From a virus, in IMG/VR virus record IMGVR_UViG_3300011688_000001, positions 1 to 37,977 of that record: a DNA stretch of 37,977 nt. One strand, 5' to 3'. Below the pieces are notes generated by a model, which ran no database searches, was not told the origin of the DNA, and saw only the letters and a list, made by a program, of their open reading frames with translations. The position numbers were made by a program, and so were the translations under genes. This document shows, in pieces, positions 1 to 7,354 of this stretch (the stretch's first letter is position 1; each line of letters opens with the position of its first letter).

Positions 1-287
1 TTAAAAACGTTTCAATACCGAGTGAGTGCGCTTCATTATGGTGTATTCTGCATAACTGTACTGCTCGGTGTTTCAAGTGATTTGTTTTGCGTCTATCTAC
101 ACCTTGACCAATCGTGTCTAAATGGTGGAGGTCGCTTGGCTTCTTACCACATATCACACAACACTTATTCATCAGACAAGCATATTCAAAATGTGCGACA
201 TCTTCCGGTTCTAATGCGTCCAGTGGTTTAAAACTCAAAGGCACGTTGTGGTCGGCCACGAAGTCCAGCATGAATGTGATGAGACCG
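1..287. repeat. Terminal direct repeat copy 1 (identical to 37691-37977); contains a truncated copy of the HNH-like ORF (1-271, minus)
   Basis: Base-by-base identity read directly from the sequence. The repeat boundary falls inside an ORF. Confidence 0.97.
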
Positions 288-591
288 ACTTTTCAACGTC
301 TCGCAGTGAAATTGTGTCCAGCTCTTGCCAATACTCATAAGCCAACTTGAACCATTGTTTGACAAATTCTGGTGCATCGCCTGACCACTTTGAAATGTCA
401 TTGAACATTGCGTAAATGAACCGTCGTTGCTTAGCACTGATTTCACGGTCATCTCTCACTTGGATTTCAATCAATGTCTGATTAAACAGATTGAATGTCG
501 ACTGAAATTTATTCGCGTCTTCTTCATCACGAAACCTGAATGTGATGTCTCGTCCATCTTTCTTGATCGGGTATGCCTGAAATTCTTTCAT
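235..591 (-). CDS. Hypothetical early protein; probable N-terminal half of a split DUF968-like/HNH gene
   Basis: SD GAAGG lies upstream of the ATG at 591. The ORF ends 37 nt inside the start of the HNH-like ORF, which is in the -1 frame (see findings). Confidence 0.6.
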   Translation of the reverse strand: MKEFQAYPIKKDGRDITFRFRDEEDANKFQSTFNLFNQTLIEIQVRDDREISAKQRRFIYAMFNDISKWSGDAPEFVKQWFKLAYEYWQELDTISLRDVEKSVSSHSCWTSWPTTTCL

Positions 592-602
592 GGCATACCT
601 TC

Positions 603-1016
603 TTAGAATGGTAGTTGTGAGTCATCAAATTCCATTTTGCCGTTGTCGCTATTTGCAAATGGATCAGCCGGTTGCTGTTGGGCATTTTGACTATCACCTT
701 TCTTTTCCAGAAGGCTAAAGTTGTCAACCACAACCTCGGTAACGTAGACACGTTGCCCTTGGTTGTTCTCATAGTTTCGTGTTTGTAGCCGACCTTCAAT
801 GCCAACCAGCGAACCTTTATGAACGAAGTTGGCGAAATTTTCAGCTGGTTTACGCCAGATGATAGCATTAACGAAGTCTGAACTCCGTTCGCCATTTGCA
901 TCCTTAAATGGTCGTTGCACGGCCAATGAAAACGATCCAACTGCTGTACCAGATTGCGTGTACTTCAAGTCAACATCACGTGTTAGGCGTCCAAGTAGGA
1001 CTACTCGATTAATCAT
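603..1016 (-). CDS. ssb: Single-stranded DNA-binding protein
   Basis: N-terminal OB-fold signature [33 protein letters not shown]. Acidic C-terminal tail ends ...DDSQLPF. Confidence 0.9.
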   Translation of the reverse strand: MINRVVLLGRLTRDVDLKYTQSGTAVGSFSLAVQRPFKDANGERSSDFVNAIIWRKPAENFANFVHKGSLVGIEGRLQTRNYENNQGQRVYVTEVVVDNFSLLEKKGDSQNAQQQPADPFANSDNGKMEFDDSQLPF

Positions 1017-1626
1017 TTACTTTTTCCTCTGCTTTCTTATGCCACTCAGTGACTTTTGCTAGTAATGGTTTGTAATTCTCTTCTGTCACGAACTTCAGTG
1101 CCGAAACGTTCGCTGCTTTCAACGTAAACGCCATCATATCTTGTCCGCTAAGTTGTGATGTATCTGCGATTAATTTTTCAAGCAACGTAACTTTTTCTTG
1201 TGAGATTGTCCTAGGTGTGGCTGGCTTGCGATTTGAGCCACCTGCACCGTTACCGTCATCATCAACATCACTTGCGACCCCAAATGCCATAGACAAGCTA
1301 TAACGTCTTGCATACGTCAAGGCTGACCCTTCCGCTTGCGCTGAGTTTGTCCCACGGTTACCAAGATCATTAGCAACTTTTGAACCTTTTAAGTCCAACG
1401 TTGTGTCGTACCCAATAATTCGAGTGATCATGTGGTCATCTTCCACAACATTTGTGAAAAAGAACTTTGCACCAGATGCCTTACGCGCCTTAACAATTGC
1501 ATTGATCACTGCATCCAATGTCACGTAGCTCGATTTAAACATTGGATTACTAGCATCTTTTTTAGGTTGCTCAATATTGTTCTGTGTTTCAGCAAGCGCT
1601 TCATATAGATTGCTAAATTCGGTCAT
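1009..1626 (-). CDS. ERF-family single-strand annealing (recombination) protein
   Basis: ERF-like motifs: [14 protein letters not shown] and [16 protein letters not shown]. Sits in the typical position upstream of ssb. Confidence 0.75.
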   Translation of the reverse strand: MTEFSNLYEALAETQNNIEQPKKDASNPMFKSSYVTLDAVINAIVKARKASGAKFFFTNVVEDDHMITRIIGYDTTLDLKGSKVANDLGNRGTNSAQAEGSALTYARRYSLSMAFGVASDVDDDGNGAGGSNRKPATPRTISQEKVTLLEKLIADTSQLSGQDMMAFTLKAANVSALKFVTEENYKPLLAKVTEWHKKAEEKVND

Positions 1627-2531
1627 TTTTCACCCCTGAACGCAATACCGTTCGCTTTCATGTAGTCCGCCAAACCGTTAAGTTGCTTGCTGGTTGCACC
1701 GATAATATAGAGTGTGCGGTCGTATTGCTTTTCTGGTTTTGGTGCCTGAACGACTTCACCATTTTCATCAACTAGCTTGTCGCCGACTTGCTGTGCATTT
1801 TCTGCACGTACTTGTTCCGCCTTTGCTACTGCTTCAATGTGGGCTTGCTCGGCAGCAAGACGTGCTTCTTCTCGTGCATTCTTGATTTCATCATCACGAT
1901 GCATCTGCGCTTTGATGTCTGCGAAGTCTCTTAGCCCCAGCATTGAGAGATATGGTGTTGGATCAATTCCTAATCCACTTGCTTCAATCTCAATCTGGTT
2001 TGTTTGCAACGCTAACAATTCATCATCTTTTTTCAGCTGAACAATTTGCGCATCAACTTCTTTGATCATGTCGTTACGGCTGTATGTCTTATTGAGCCAC
2101 TTTTCATTGAATTGAATGCGTGCCCAATCAACGCCTTGATCATTAGCCAATGCCGTGACATCATTCATCACAACTGCCTTGCGACGTTCCTTGCGTTCAT
2201 TTTCGACTGGTAACATCTGGTCTTTCATCAAGTCAGATGCTGCTTTACCGGCCTTTTCAATCAACATCATCTTTGGTTTAATCTCAGCCCAATTACCCAA
2301 CAGCTCCTTTTCAATCTTTTTGCGTTGGTCAGCAATATCCTTGATCGTTGCATTCAACACTGATCGCTGTTGTTTTGCTATATCGTAACTTTCTTCAGAT
2401 ACCGGAAACTCACGATACTTGGCTAACATCTTGTCTGTATTTGCTACTAAATCATCAAGATTTGGTGCTTCAATAACCGCTGGTGTTAACTTTGTTACTT
2501 GTAGATTGCTAACTACTACCTCGTTTGTCAT
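1623..2531 (-). CDS. DUF1351-like phage protein (recombination-module associated)
   Basis: 302 aa, coiled-coil rich. Conserved position directly upstream of the ERF gene in Firmicute phages. Assignment is from memory of the family. Confidence 0.5.
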   Translation of the reverse strand: MTNEVVVSNLQVTKLTPAVIEAPNLDDLVANTDKMLAKYREFPVSEESYDIAKQQRSVLNATIKDIADQRKKIEKELLGNWAEIKPKMMLIEKAGKAASDLMKDQMLPVENERKERRKAVVMNDVTALANDQGVDWARIQFNEKWLNKTYSRNDMIKEVDAQIVQLKKDDELLALQTNQIEIEASGLGIDPTPYLSMLGLRDFADIKAQMHRDDEIKNAREEARLAAEQAHIEAVAKAEQVRAENAQQVGDKLVDENGEVVQAPKPEKQYDRTLYIIGATSKQLNGLADYMKANGIAFRGEK

Positions 2532-2571
2532 TTGCTATTCTCCGTTTTCCTTGTTAGAATTACGGTATAAA

Positions 2572-2874
2572 TTACCCTGATAAGTATTTATACCTACGTC
2601 TGACGGTTGCACCCGTTAGGCGTTTTTTTTCTGCTCTCATTTCAATCAGTGTTTGGATCGCTATTGGTGATGCTTCCCAAACTGACTTGATCGTAAATTC
2701 TGACGTTCGCTCGACATACTTCATCATCTCTATAAGCCCGCCATTTGCCTTTAGACGTGCGCCCAACTCTTGGACATCTATTTGTACATAACTACGTCCC
2801 TCGTCTGTTGTGCGAACTCCTGATGCTTTTAAGCTGATAGCTGACTTAACATACTCTCCTATCCATTTGTCCAT
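2572..2874 (-). CDS. Hypothetical protein
   Basis: 100-aa ORF in operon register after the replisome organizer gene. Confidence 0.5.
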   Translation of the reverse strand: MDKWIGEYVKSAISLKASGVRTTDEGRSYVQIDVQELGARLKANGGLIEMMKYVERTSEFTIKSVWEASPIAIQTLIEMRAEKKRLTGATVRRRYKYLSG

Positions 2875-2877
2875 AGC

Positions 2878-3675
2878 TTATCCTTTTAGGAATTTAGGTA
2901 CTACAGCTTCACGTTTTTGTCTGCCATAGCCATTTGTCTGACGCACTTCTGGTGTGAAGTCATATTCATCTTCCCAACCAGATTGATGAAACCAAGTTGA
3001 ACCCTGCTTAATGAATTGCTGTGGTGTCTGTTTAGCTTTGATCTGTTTCAAATACTCCTCAAGTTTTGATTTAATCAATTCAGGATCAACACCTGATTTA
3101 ATTGCTTTATCAAAATCTCTCTTGGCATTTGCTTTACCTGATTTCTTTGGATAGAGTTTCCAAATGGTTTCAAACATTTGATCACGTTCTGATTTTTGAA
3201 TACGCTTGCTGTCGGGTTCGTCAGAACCGGACAATATATCTTTACTATCCTTACCTAACCTATCCTTACCTAACCTTACCTGTGTCAACGTGTCGTCTAC
3301 GAGCCGTGGACGTTCCGTCGACGTGACAAATTTTTGATTTTCGTATTGACCAGAATCATTGACTTGAAGCTGTTCTAACTCGTTTGGATACATCGTTTTG
3401 TTATATGTATCTTTCCGAATGTAGTTATGAACTAACCAATCTTTTATGACAACAACGCCTGTCTCGAACGGGAAAATAAATTGCTTAGCCGTTAGTAATT
3501 TCAGATCATCTTCACTTGAGCCAATCATTCTTTGAATTGTTTTCGTGTTATCTATGAATCCGTCATCATCCGCATGCATATTGAGGTGAAAATACAATGC
3601 TTGAGAAGACAACGGCATATCTAGAAACGTATCTGTGTCAGTAACTTTTTTACTGAACATTCTTCTCTGTGCCAC
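2878..3675 (-). CDS. Phage replisome organizer / replication initiation protein
   Basis: N-terminus MAQRRMFSKKVTDTDTFLDMPLSSQALYFHLNMHADDDGF matches the replisome-organizer N-terminal signature. Tandem iterons lie inside the gene. Confidence 0.8.
   Translation of the reverse strand: MAQRRMFSKKVTDTDTFLDMPLSSQALYFHLNMHADDDGFIDNTKTIQRMIGSSEDDLKLLTAKQFIFPFETGVVVIKDWLVHNYIRKDTYNKTMYPNELEQLQVNDSGQYENQKFVTSTERPRLVDDTLTQVRLGKDRLGKDSKDILSGSDEPDSKRIQKSERDQMFETIWKLYPKKSGKANAKRDFDKAIKSGVDPELIKSKLEEYLKQIKAKQTPQQFIKQGSTWFHQSGWEDEYDFTPEVRQTNGYGRQKREAVVPKFLKG
3246..3281. repeat. Tandem 15-bp iterons (TATCCTTACCTAACC x2 plus a partial third); candidate origin of replication
   Basis: Exact tandem copies at 3246-3260 and 3261-3275, followed by the partial TTACCT. 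They encode RLGKD RLGKD in the organizer protein. Confidence 0.6.
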
Positions 3676-3876
3676 TTACGCTCTCATCTCCTTTTCTAAA
3701 CTCTCAACACGTCGCTTAAGCGTTCGTGTCCAGTTTGTCATTTCACGGATTGTGTCTTTTCGTAACTTTCCGTCAATCGACATACTTGTGTTTGTTTTAA
3801 ACAATTTCAGTTCAATTTCTGCTTTAGCAAGGTCGCCTTTGACGTTTGCTAACATTAGGTCGTAATTAACGTTCAT
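3676..3876 (-). CDS. Hypothetical coiled-coil protein
   Basis: 66-aa ORF overlapping neighbours in operon fashion. Confidence 0.45.
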   Translation of the reverse strand: MNVNYDLMLANVKGDLAKAEIELKLFKTNTSMSIDGKLRKDTIREMTNWTRTLKRRVESLEKEMRA

Positions 3877-4066
3877 CTGATCTCCCTACAAGATAGTCAA
3901 TTGATACATCGAAGTAATCGGCTATCGTAATTAAACGCTTCAGACTTGGTGAGACAACGCCACGCTCATACCTTGATATTTCTTGTGCGTCGAAATCTAA
4001 CTCAACAGATAGATCAAGCTGTGTCTCAGCATTTTCAAGCCGTAGCTCTCTAAGTCTCTTCATCAA
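3866..4066 (-). CDS. XRE-family helix-turn-helix protein (small)
   Basis: HTH_3-like sequence LRLENAETQLDLSVELDFDAQEISRYERGVVSPSLKRLITIADYFDVSIDYLVGR. Confidence 0.8.
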   Translation of the reverse strand: MMKRLRELRLENAETQLDLSVELDFDAQEISRYERGVVSPSLKRLITIADYFDVSIDYLVGRSDER

Positions 4067-4302
4067 TCCACCACCGTTCTGATAGGTTGTGCGCTTACTT
4101 CATCGAGCATGGTTTGAAGTTGCTTAATCTTTAATTCAATCAAGTCGATATTGTCTTGCCATGCGGACTGTGCATCTTCATGTGTATCAAACTCACATTC
4201 TTCTTTCGTGAAGTCTAATTCACTTACCAAATCCAGATGCCACGTTACATTTTGATATGCTGCATCAGGCTTATAAAATTCCACTGCGTCGCTTACGCTC
4301 AT
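4063..4302 (-). CDS. Small strongly acidic protein (79 aa)
   Basis: SD GAGGAA lies before the ATG at 4302. By my count, 18 D/E versus 5 K/R. Shares a 4-nt overlap with the downstream HTH gene. Confidence 0.6.
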   Translation of the reverse strand: MSVSDAVEFYKPDAAYQNVTWHLDLVSELDFTKEECEFDTHEDAQSAWQDNIDLIELKIKQLQTMLDEVSAQPIRTVVD

Positions 4303-4408
4303 GACGTTCCTCGTCTTTCCGCATCTGATAGCCAACACTGAAGCTAAGAAATGCTACTGCGATGGTAAATGCTACCAGGCCAAAAACTTGCGTTACCCAA
4401 AGTCCCAT
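4271..4408 (-). CDS. Small membrane peptide (45 aa; not in ORF track)
   Basis: Strong SD GGGAGG 6 nt before the ATG at 4408. Hydrophobic core VTQVFGLVAFTIAVAFLSFSV. Confidence 0.4.
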   Translation of the reverse strand: MGLWVTQVFGLVAFTIAVAFLSFSVGYQMRKDEERHERKRRSGIL

Positions 4409-4411
4409 GCG

Positions 4412-4609
4412 TTACCTCCCTGACTTTTTATCAAGCCAATACTGAATCCGTGTCCCCCAGTACATCACAGCATTACCTGTGTTGATGTACGGTTTTGGAA
4501 AAGATTTTTCGTGACGAATATGCTTATCGAATGTGGCTCGAGCAATATTGAGATGGTCTTTATCAACTATCTCGCCGATGTTATAACCACGGTTGTCGAA
4601 TGTCGCCAT
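4412..4609 (-). CDS. Small DNA-binding protein, excisionase-like/HTH_17-like
   Basis: 65 aa. Pattern ...NIARATFDKHIR....FPKPY...G....W....I..W resembles MerR/Xis-type winged HTH proteins. Confidence 0.4.
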   Translation of the reverse strand: MATFDNRGYNIGEIVDKDHLNIARATFDKHIRHEKSFPKPYINTGNAVMYWGTRIQYWLDKKSGR

Positions 4610-4620
4610 ATGTTTCCTCC

Positions 4621-5388
4621 TTATACTGGTTGGTCTTGCTCAATCAAAGGTAAGTATCCGTTGTCTTTCAATAGTTCATACAAACCGAGTCGTCCCTTTT
4701 GCGTCCACTTTGTGTTCATCACAAGTTTCTTTGAGCCATCTTTTCGTACAACTTCGGTTGTCTCTGATTGAGTCCACCCTTTTGTCTGATGTTTTGCGTA
4801 TAACAACCACACACCCGATTGACTGTATTGGACGCCCAAATCATGTAATAACTTATTCATTGCTAGTCCGCTCATACCGTAATCTTTTGCGATAAAAGTG
4901 ATCGTTACTAATGTTTTGTTAGAAAGAATTAAGTCCGTGTAGTCAGCTTTCGGCTTTAACTCCGTAACCTGTTGCGCAAGCATTAGTTTTTCTTGACGCT
5001 CATTCTTTAAATCCGTTGCCAATCGAATGATTGTGTCTGGATTCGTTAAGACTTCTTCAATCGTCTTGTCCGTCATGTACGTGCCGTGTTTACGAATTGT
5101 TGGCAATACTTCGGTCGTTACCCAGTCTTGGAATTTTTCAGCCGTTTCGTTGTTAGCCTTGATTGCTAACTTGTAGAATTGTGGTTCAGTAATGAAATCA
5201 CCGCGATTTATGCTTTCGCCACTTGTGGCGAAAAGGTATTTATTAACTCGATTCCAACGAACATAGGTAACTTCCCCTTTTTCGTCTGAAATCCCCAAAC
5301 CGATTGCTGCTGATTCTGCATCGAACAATACCTGTCCGTTTTCTTCTTTGACCTTAAGGTTGTCAAACACCTGTACAGCTAATGACAT
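4621..5388 (-). CDS. Phage antirepressor (Bro-N / KilA-C type)
   Basis: N-terminal Bro-N-like region and C-terminal KilAC-like region (FIAKDYGMSGLAMNKLLHDLGVQY). Lies directly downstream of the cro-like gene. Confidence 0.75.
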   Translation of the reverse strand: MSLAVQVFDNLKVKEENGQVLFDAESAAIGLGISDEKGEVTYVRWNRVNKYLFATSGESINRGDFITEPQFYKLAIKANNETAEKFQDWVTTEVLPTIRKHGTYMTDKTIEEVLTNPDTIIRLATDLKNERQEKLMLAQQVTELKPKADYTDLILSNKTLVTITFIAKDYGMSGLAMNKLLHDLGVQYSQSGVWLLYAKHQTKGWTQSETTEVVRKDGSKKLVMNTKWTQKGRLGLYELLKDNGYLPLIEQDQPV

Positions 5389-5397
5389 ATTTTCTCC

Positions 5398-5622
5398 TTA
5401 TAACCAGCCTTCGCCGTCGTAATCAGTGAATTTGAACAGCGTGTTTAAATGTTCCTTGGCTGCATCACCAGTCGCTGCACCTGATAGAAGTTGGCGAACA
5501 TAAGATTCAGATTTACCAATAACCGGCGCTAACATACGAGGTTTCACCTTTTTCTTTTTCAAATGAAACGAGAATTTAATTCGTTCCGTTTCAAGTGTTT
5601 GGATTGCTTCCTGTACGCTCAT
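5398..5622 (-). CDS. Cro-like HTH regulator
   Basis: SD AAAGGAGGAA lies before the ATG at 5622 (the track start at 5670 lacks an SD). HTH segment MLAPVIGKSESYVRQLLSG. Divergent from the repressor gene. Confidence 0.65.
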   Translation of the reverse strand: MSVQEAIQTLETERIKFSFHLKKKKVKPRMLAPVIGKSESYVRQLLSGAATGDAAKEHLNTLFKFTDYDGEGWL

Positions 5623-5670
5623 AATTTCCTCCTTTATATTTTTTACTGTAAAAATGTTTGTAAGTTTCAC

Positions 5671-5699
5671 TTTACAAGTTGGATAAATTCAACTATAAT
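5671..5699 (+). promoter_or_regulatory. Rightward promoter TTTACA-17-TATAAT with operator half-sites AAGTTGG-N6-TCAACT (5676-5694) in the spacer
   Basis: Hexamers and the 17-nt spacing read directly from the sequence. Points toward the repressor gene at 5886. Confidence 0.55.
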
Positions 5700-5802
5700 G
5701 ACAGAGTAAACACATCAAAAAACCATTGTTATTACTTATCCCTCCGCCAAGATTGATAAAGTTATAGCTGTTTTTTGTTTGCGTAATTAACTTACAAGAA
5801 TA

Positions 5803-5831
5803 AGTATAGTTGGTTTTTTCCAACTTGTCAA
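5803..5831 (-). promoter_or_regulatory. Leftward promoter TTGACA-17-TATACT with palindromic operator AAGTTGG-A6-CCAACT (5808-5826) filling the spacer
   Basis: Hexamers and spacing read directly from the minus strand. Points toward the cro-like gene. Confidence 0.6.
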
Positions 5832-5838
5832 CACCTTT

Positions 5839-5856
5839 GTTGGTTTTTCCCAACTT
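5839..5856. promoter_or_regulatory. Third operator-like palindrome GTTGG-N6-CCAACTT
   Basis: Shares half-sites with the operators at 5676-5694 and 5808-5826. Confidence 0.5.
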
Positions 5857-5885
5857 ATGCTTATTCAGAATAGCAGGATATTGAT

Positions 5886-6227
5886 ATGCCAACGATCTAC
5901 GAACGAATTAAAGAAGTATCAGATAAAAGAAAAATGTCTATAGACTACGTTAACGACAAGGCTGGCCTAAGTAATAAGGCTATTTACGGTTGGAAGAAAT
6001 CAACACCTAAAGCCGATAACCTGCAAAAAGTAGCCGATGTACTGCACGTTTCTACTGATTATTTACTCGGCCGTACCGATGAGATGAATCCGTCACCAGC
6101 AACACAAACAGAATTTGATCTAAAGCAAGCGATCGAAAACGATATCATGCTGGCCTTCGACGGAAAACCTATATCTGAAAAGTACAAGCGAATTATCGTT
6201 GAAATGCTAAGCGAAGAAGATGATTAA
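5886..6227 (+). CDS. XRE-family phage repressor (CI/ImmR-like, no S24 peptidase domain)
   Basis: HTH segment MSIDYVNDKAGLSNKAIYGWKKSTPKADNLQKVADVLHVSTDYLLGR. First gene of the plus-strand lysogeny module. Confidence 0.8.
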   Translation: MPTIYERIKEVSDKRKMSIDYVNDKAGLSNKAIYGWKKSTPKADNLQKVADVLHVSTDYLLGRTDEMNPSPATQTEFDLKQAIENDIMLAFDGKPISEKYKRIIVEMLSEEDD

Positions 6228-6230
6228 TAT

Positions 6231-6671
6231 ATGAATGGATATGAATTTGATTATGATCTGAGTCTATACTCTGAGAAAATTGATAAGGTCATCAGTGATC
6301 ATGGCATTAAAATCAAATATGTTAATGCTGAGTCTACTGACCCATCCTTTTCTTTCCCAAAACATAATACGATAATATTGAACGTTGCATATGAATCAAA
6401 TATTTCACATTTATTTATATTGGCACATGAAATTTTTCATACTATAGAAAAAAACGTTAACCAACAAATATATGCCTTCTCTCCTTTGGCCAAGCTAGAA
6501 GAAGAAAAAAACGCACATTTATTTGCATTAAGGCTTTTCTTTGACACGATAGAAGATAACTATGTTCCTAACTATATTGAGGTTATATACGCTCTAGGAC
6601 TACCATTATCTATGGAGCATTTAGTAAGACAAGTATGGATCGAACATTCTTCAAGAGATTTTGTAATATAA
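6231..6671 (+). CDS. ImmA/IrrE-family zinc metalloprotease (anti-repressor protease)
   Basis: HExxH motif in LAHEIFHTIE. Immediately downstream of the XRE repressor, as in ImmR-ImmA pairs. Confidence 0.7.
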   Translation: MNGYEFDYDLSLYSEKIDKVISDHGIKIKYVNAESTDPSFSFPKHNTIILNVAYESNISHLFILAHEIFHTIEKNVNQQIYAFSPLAKLEEEKNAHLFALRLFFDTIEDNYVPNYIEVIYALGLPLSMEHLVRQVWIEHSSRDFVI

Positions 6672-6723
6672 TTAGGCTATGTGATAAGCAACCACATTAA
6701 AAGGCTAAGGAGAGTTTTTATGG
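6660..6723 (+). repeat. Promoter/hairpin-leader cassette, copy A (TATAAT 6667-6672; hairpin ATGTG-N9-CACAT 6679-6697; SD)
   Basis: About 62 bp, near-identical to 7292-7353. Confidence 0.8.
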
Positions 6724-7253
6724 CGAAGAAGATTGTTGATGAGAACGGTAATGTTTACGTTCAGAAGAAACCGTTTTATAAGCGCGTTTGGTTCATCATT
6801 TTAGCGGTCATTGTTGTTATTGCTACCCTAAGCAACATTGGCAGTGGTAGCGACAGTGCTAAAACTAACTCAACTGATAACCAAACCAAAACGAGCACCC
6901 AAAGCAGTCAAGAAGCAACAAGCAGTTCAAGCGAAAAACCAAAGGTTTCTGCAGAATTCACGGCTGCATTAGCAAAAGCGAACGCATACGCTAATACTAT
7001 GAGTATGTCAAAAGCCGGCGTATATGATCAACTAACTTCACAAGCTGGTGAAAAGTTCCCTGCTGATGCAGCACAATATGCAATAGATAACATGAAAGCC
7101 GACTTCAACAAAAATGCTCTCAACAAAGCCAAGTCTTATCAAAGCCAAATGCAAATGTCTACAGATGCAATTCGAGATCAGCTCACATCAGAAGCTGGTG
7201 AGAAATTTACACCTGAAGAAGCAAACTACGCAATCCAACACTTGAATGATTAA
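6720..7253 (+). CDS. Ltp-like surface protein (superinfection-exclusion family), membrane-anchored
   Basis: Two Ltp-type repeats: MSMSKAGVYDQLTSQAGEKFPADAAQYAIDNM and MQMSTDAIRDQLTSEAGEKFTPEEANYAIQHL. N-terminal TM helix with no lipobox Cys. SD AAGGAG before the ATG at 6720. Confidence 0.75.
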   Translation: MAKKIVDENGNVYVQKKPFYKRVWFIILAVIVVIATLSNIGSGSDSAKTNSTDNQTKTSTQSSQEATSSSSEKPKVSAEFTAALAKANAYANTMSMSKAGVYDQLTSQAGEKFPADAAQYAIDNMKADFNKNALNKAKSYQSQMQMSTDAIRDQLTSEAGEKFTPEEANYAIQHLND

Positions 7254-7291
7254 CACATGCCCTTTTGGGCGTACATAATAGACAATGAAGC

Positions 7292-7353
7292 TTTGTAATA
7301 TAATTAGACCATGTGCTAAGCAACCACATTAAAAGGTTGAGGAGATTTTATGG
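7292..7353 (+). repeat. Promoter/hairpin-leader cassette, copy B
   Basis: TTTGTAATATAATTAG...ATGTG-N9-CACATTAAAAGG..AGGAGA, matching copy A. Confidence 0.8.
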
Positions 7354-7354
7354 T

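Noticed and set aside
5689-5892. 67-aa minus-strand ORF across the repressor/cro intergenic region.
   Set aside because: It lies on top of the promoters and operators and has no SD. Its composition is low-complexity, and its start overlaps the repressor start on the other strand. It is most likely spurious.
6681-6719. Track start codons GTG 6681 and GTG 7313 for the two lysogenic-conversion genes (shared N-terminal ...SNHIKRLRR... in both track translations, MISNHIKRLRRVF / MLSNHIKRLRRFY).
   Set aside because: The shared 'peptide' is simply the translated repeated leader, including its hairpin and SD. The ATGs at 6720 and 7355 follow the SD at proper spacing.
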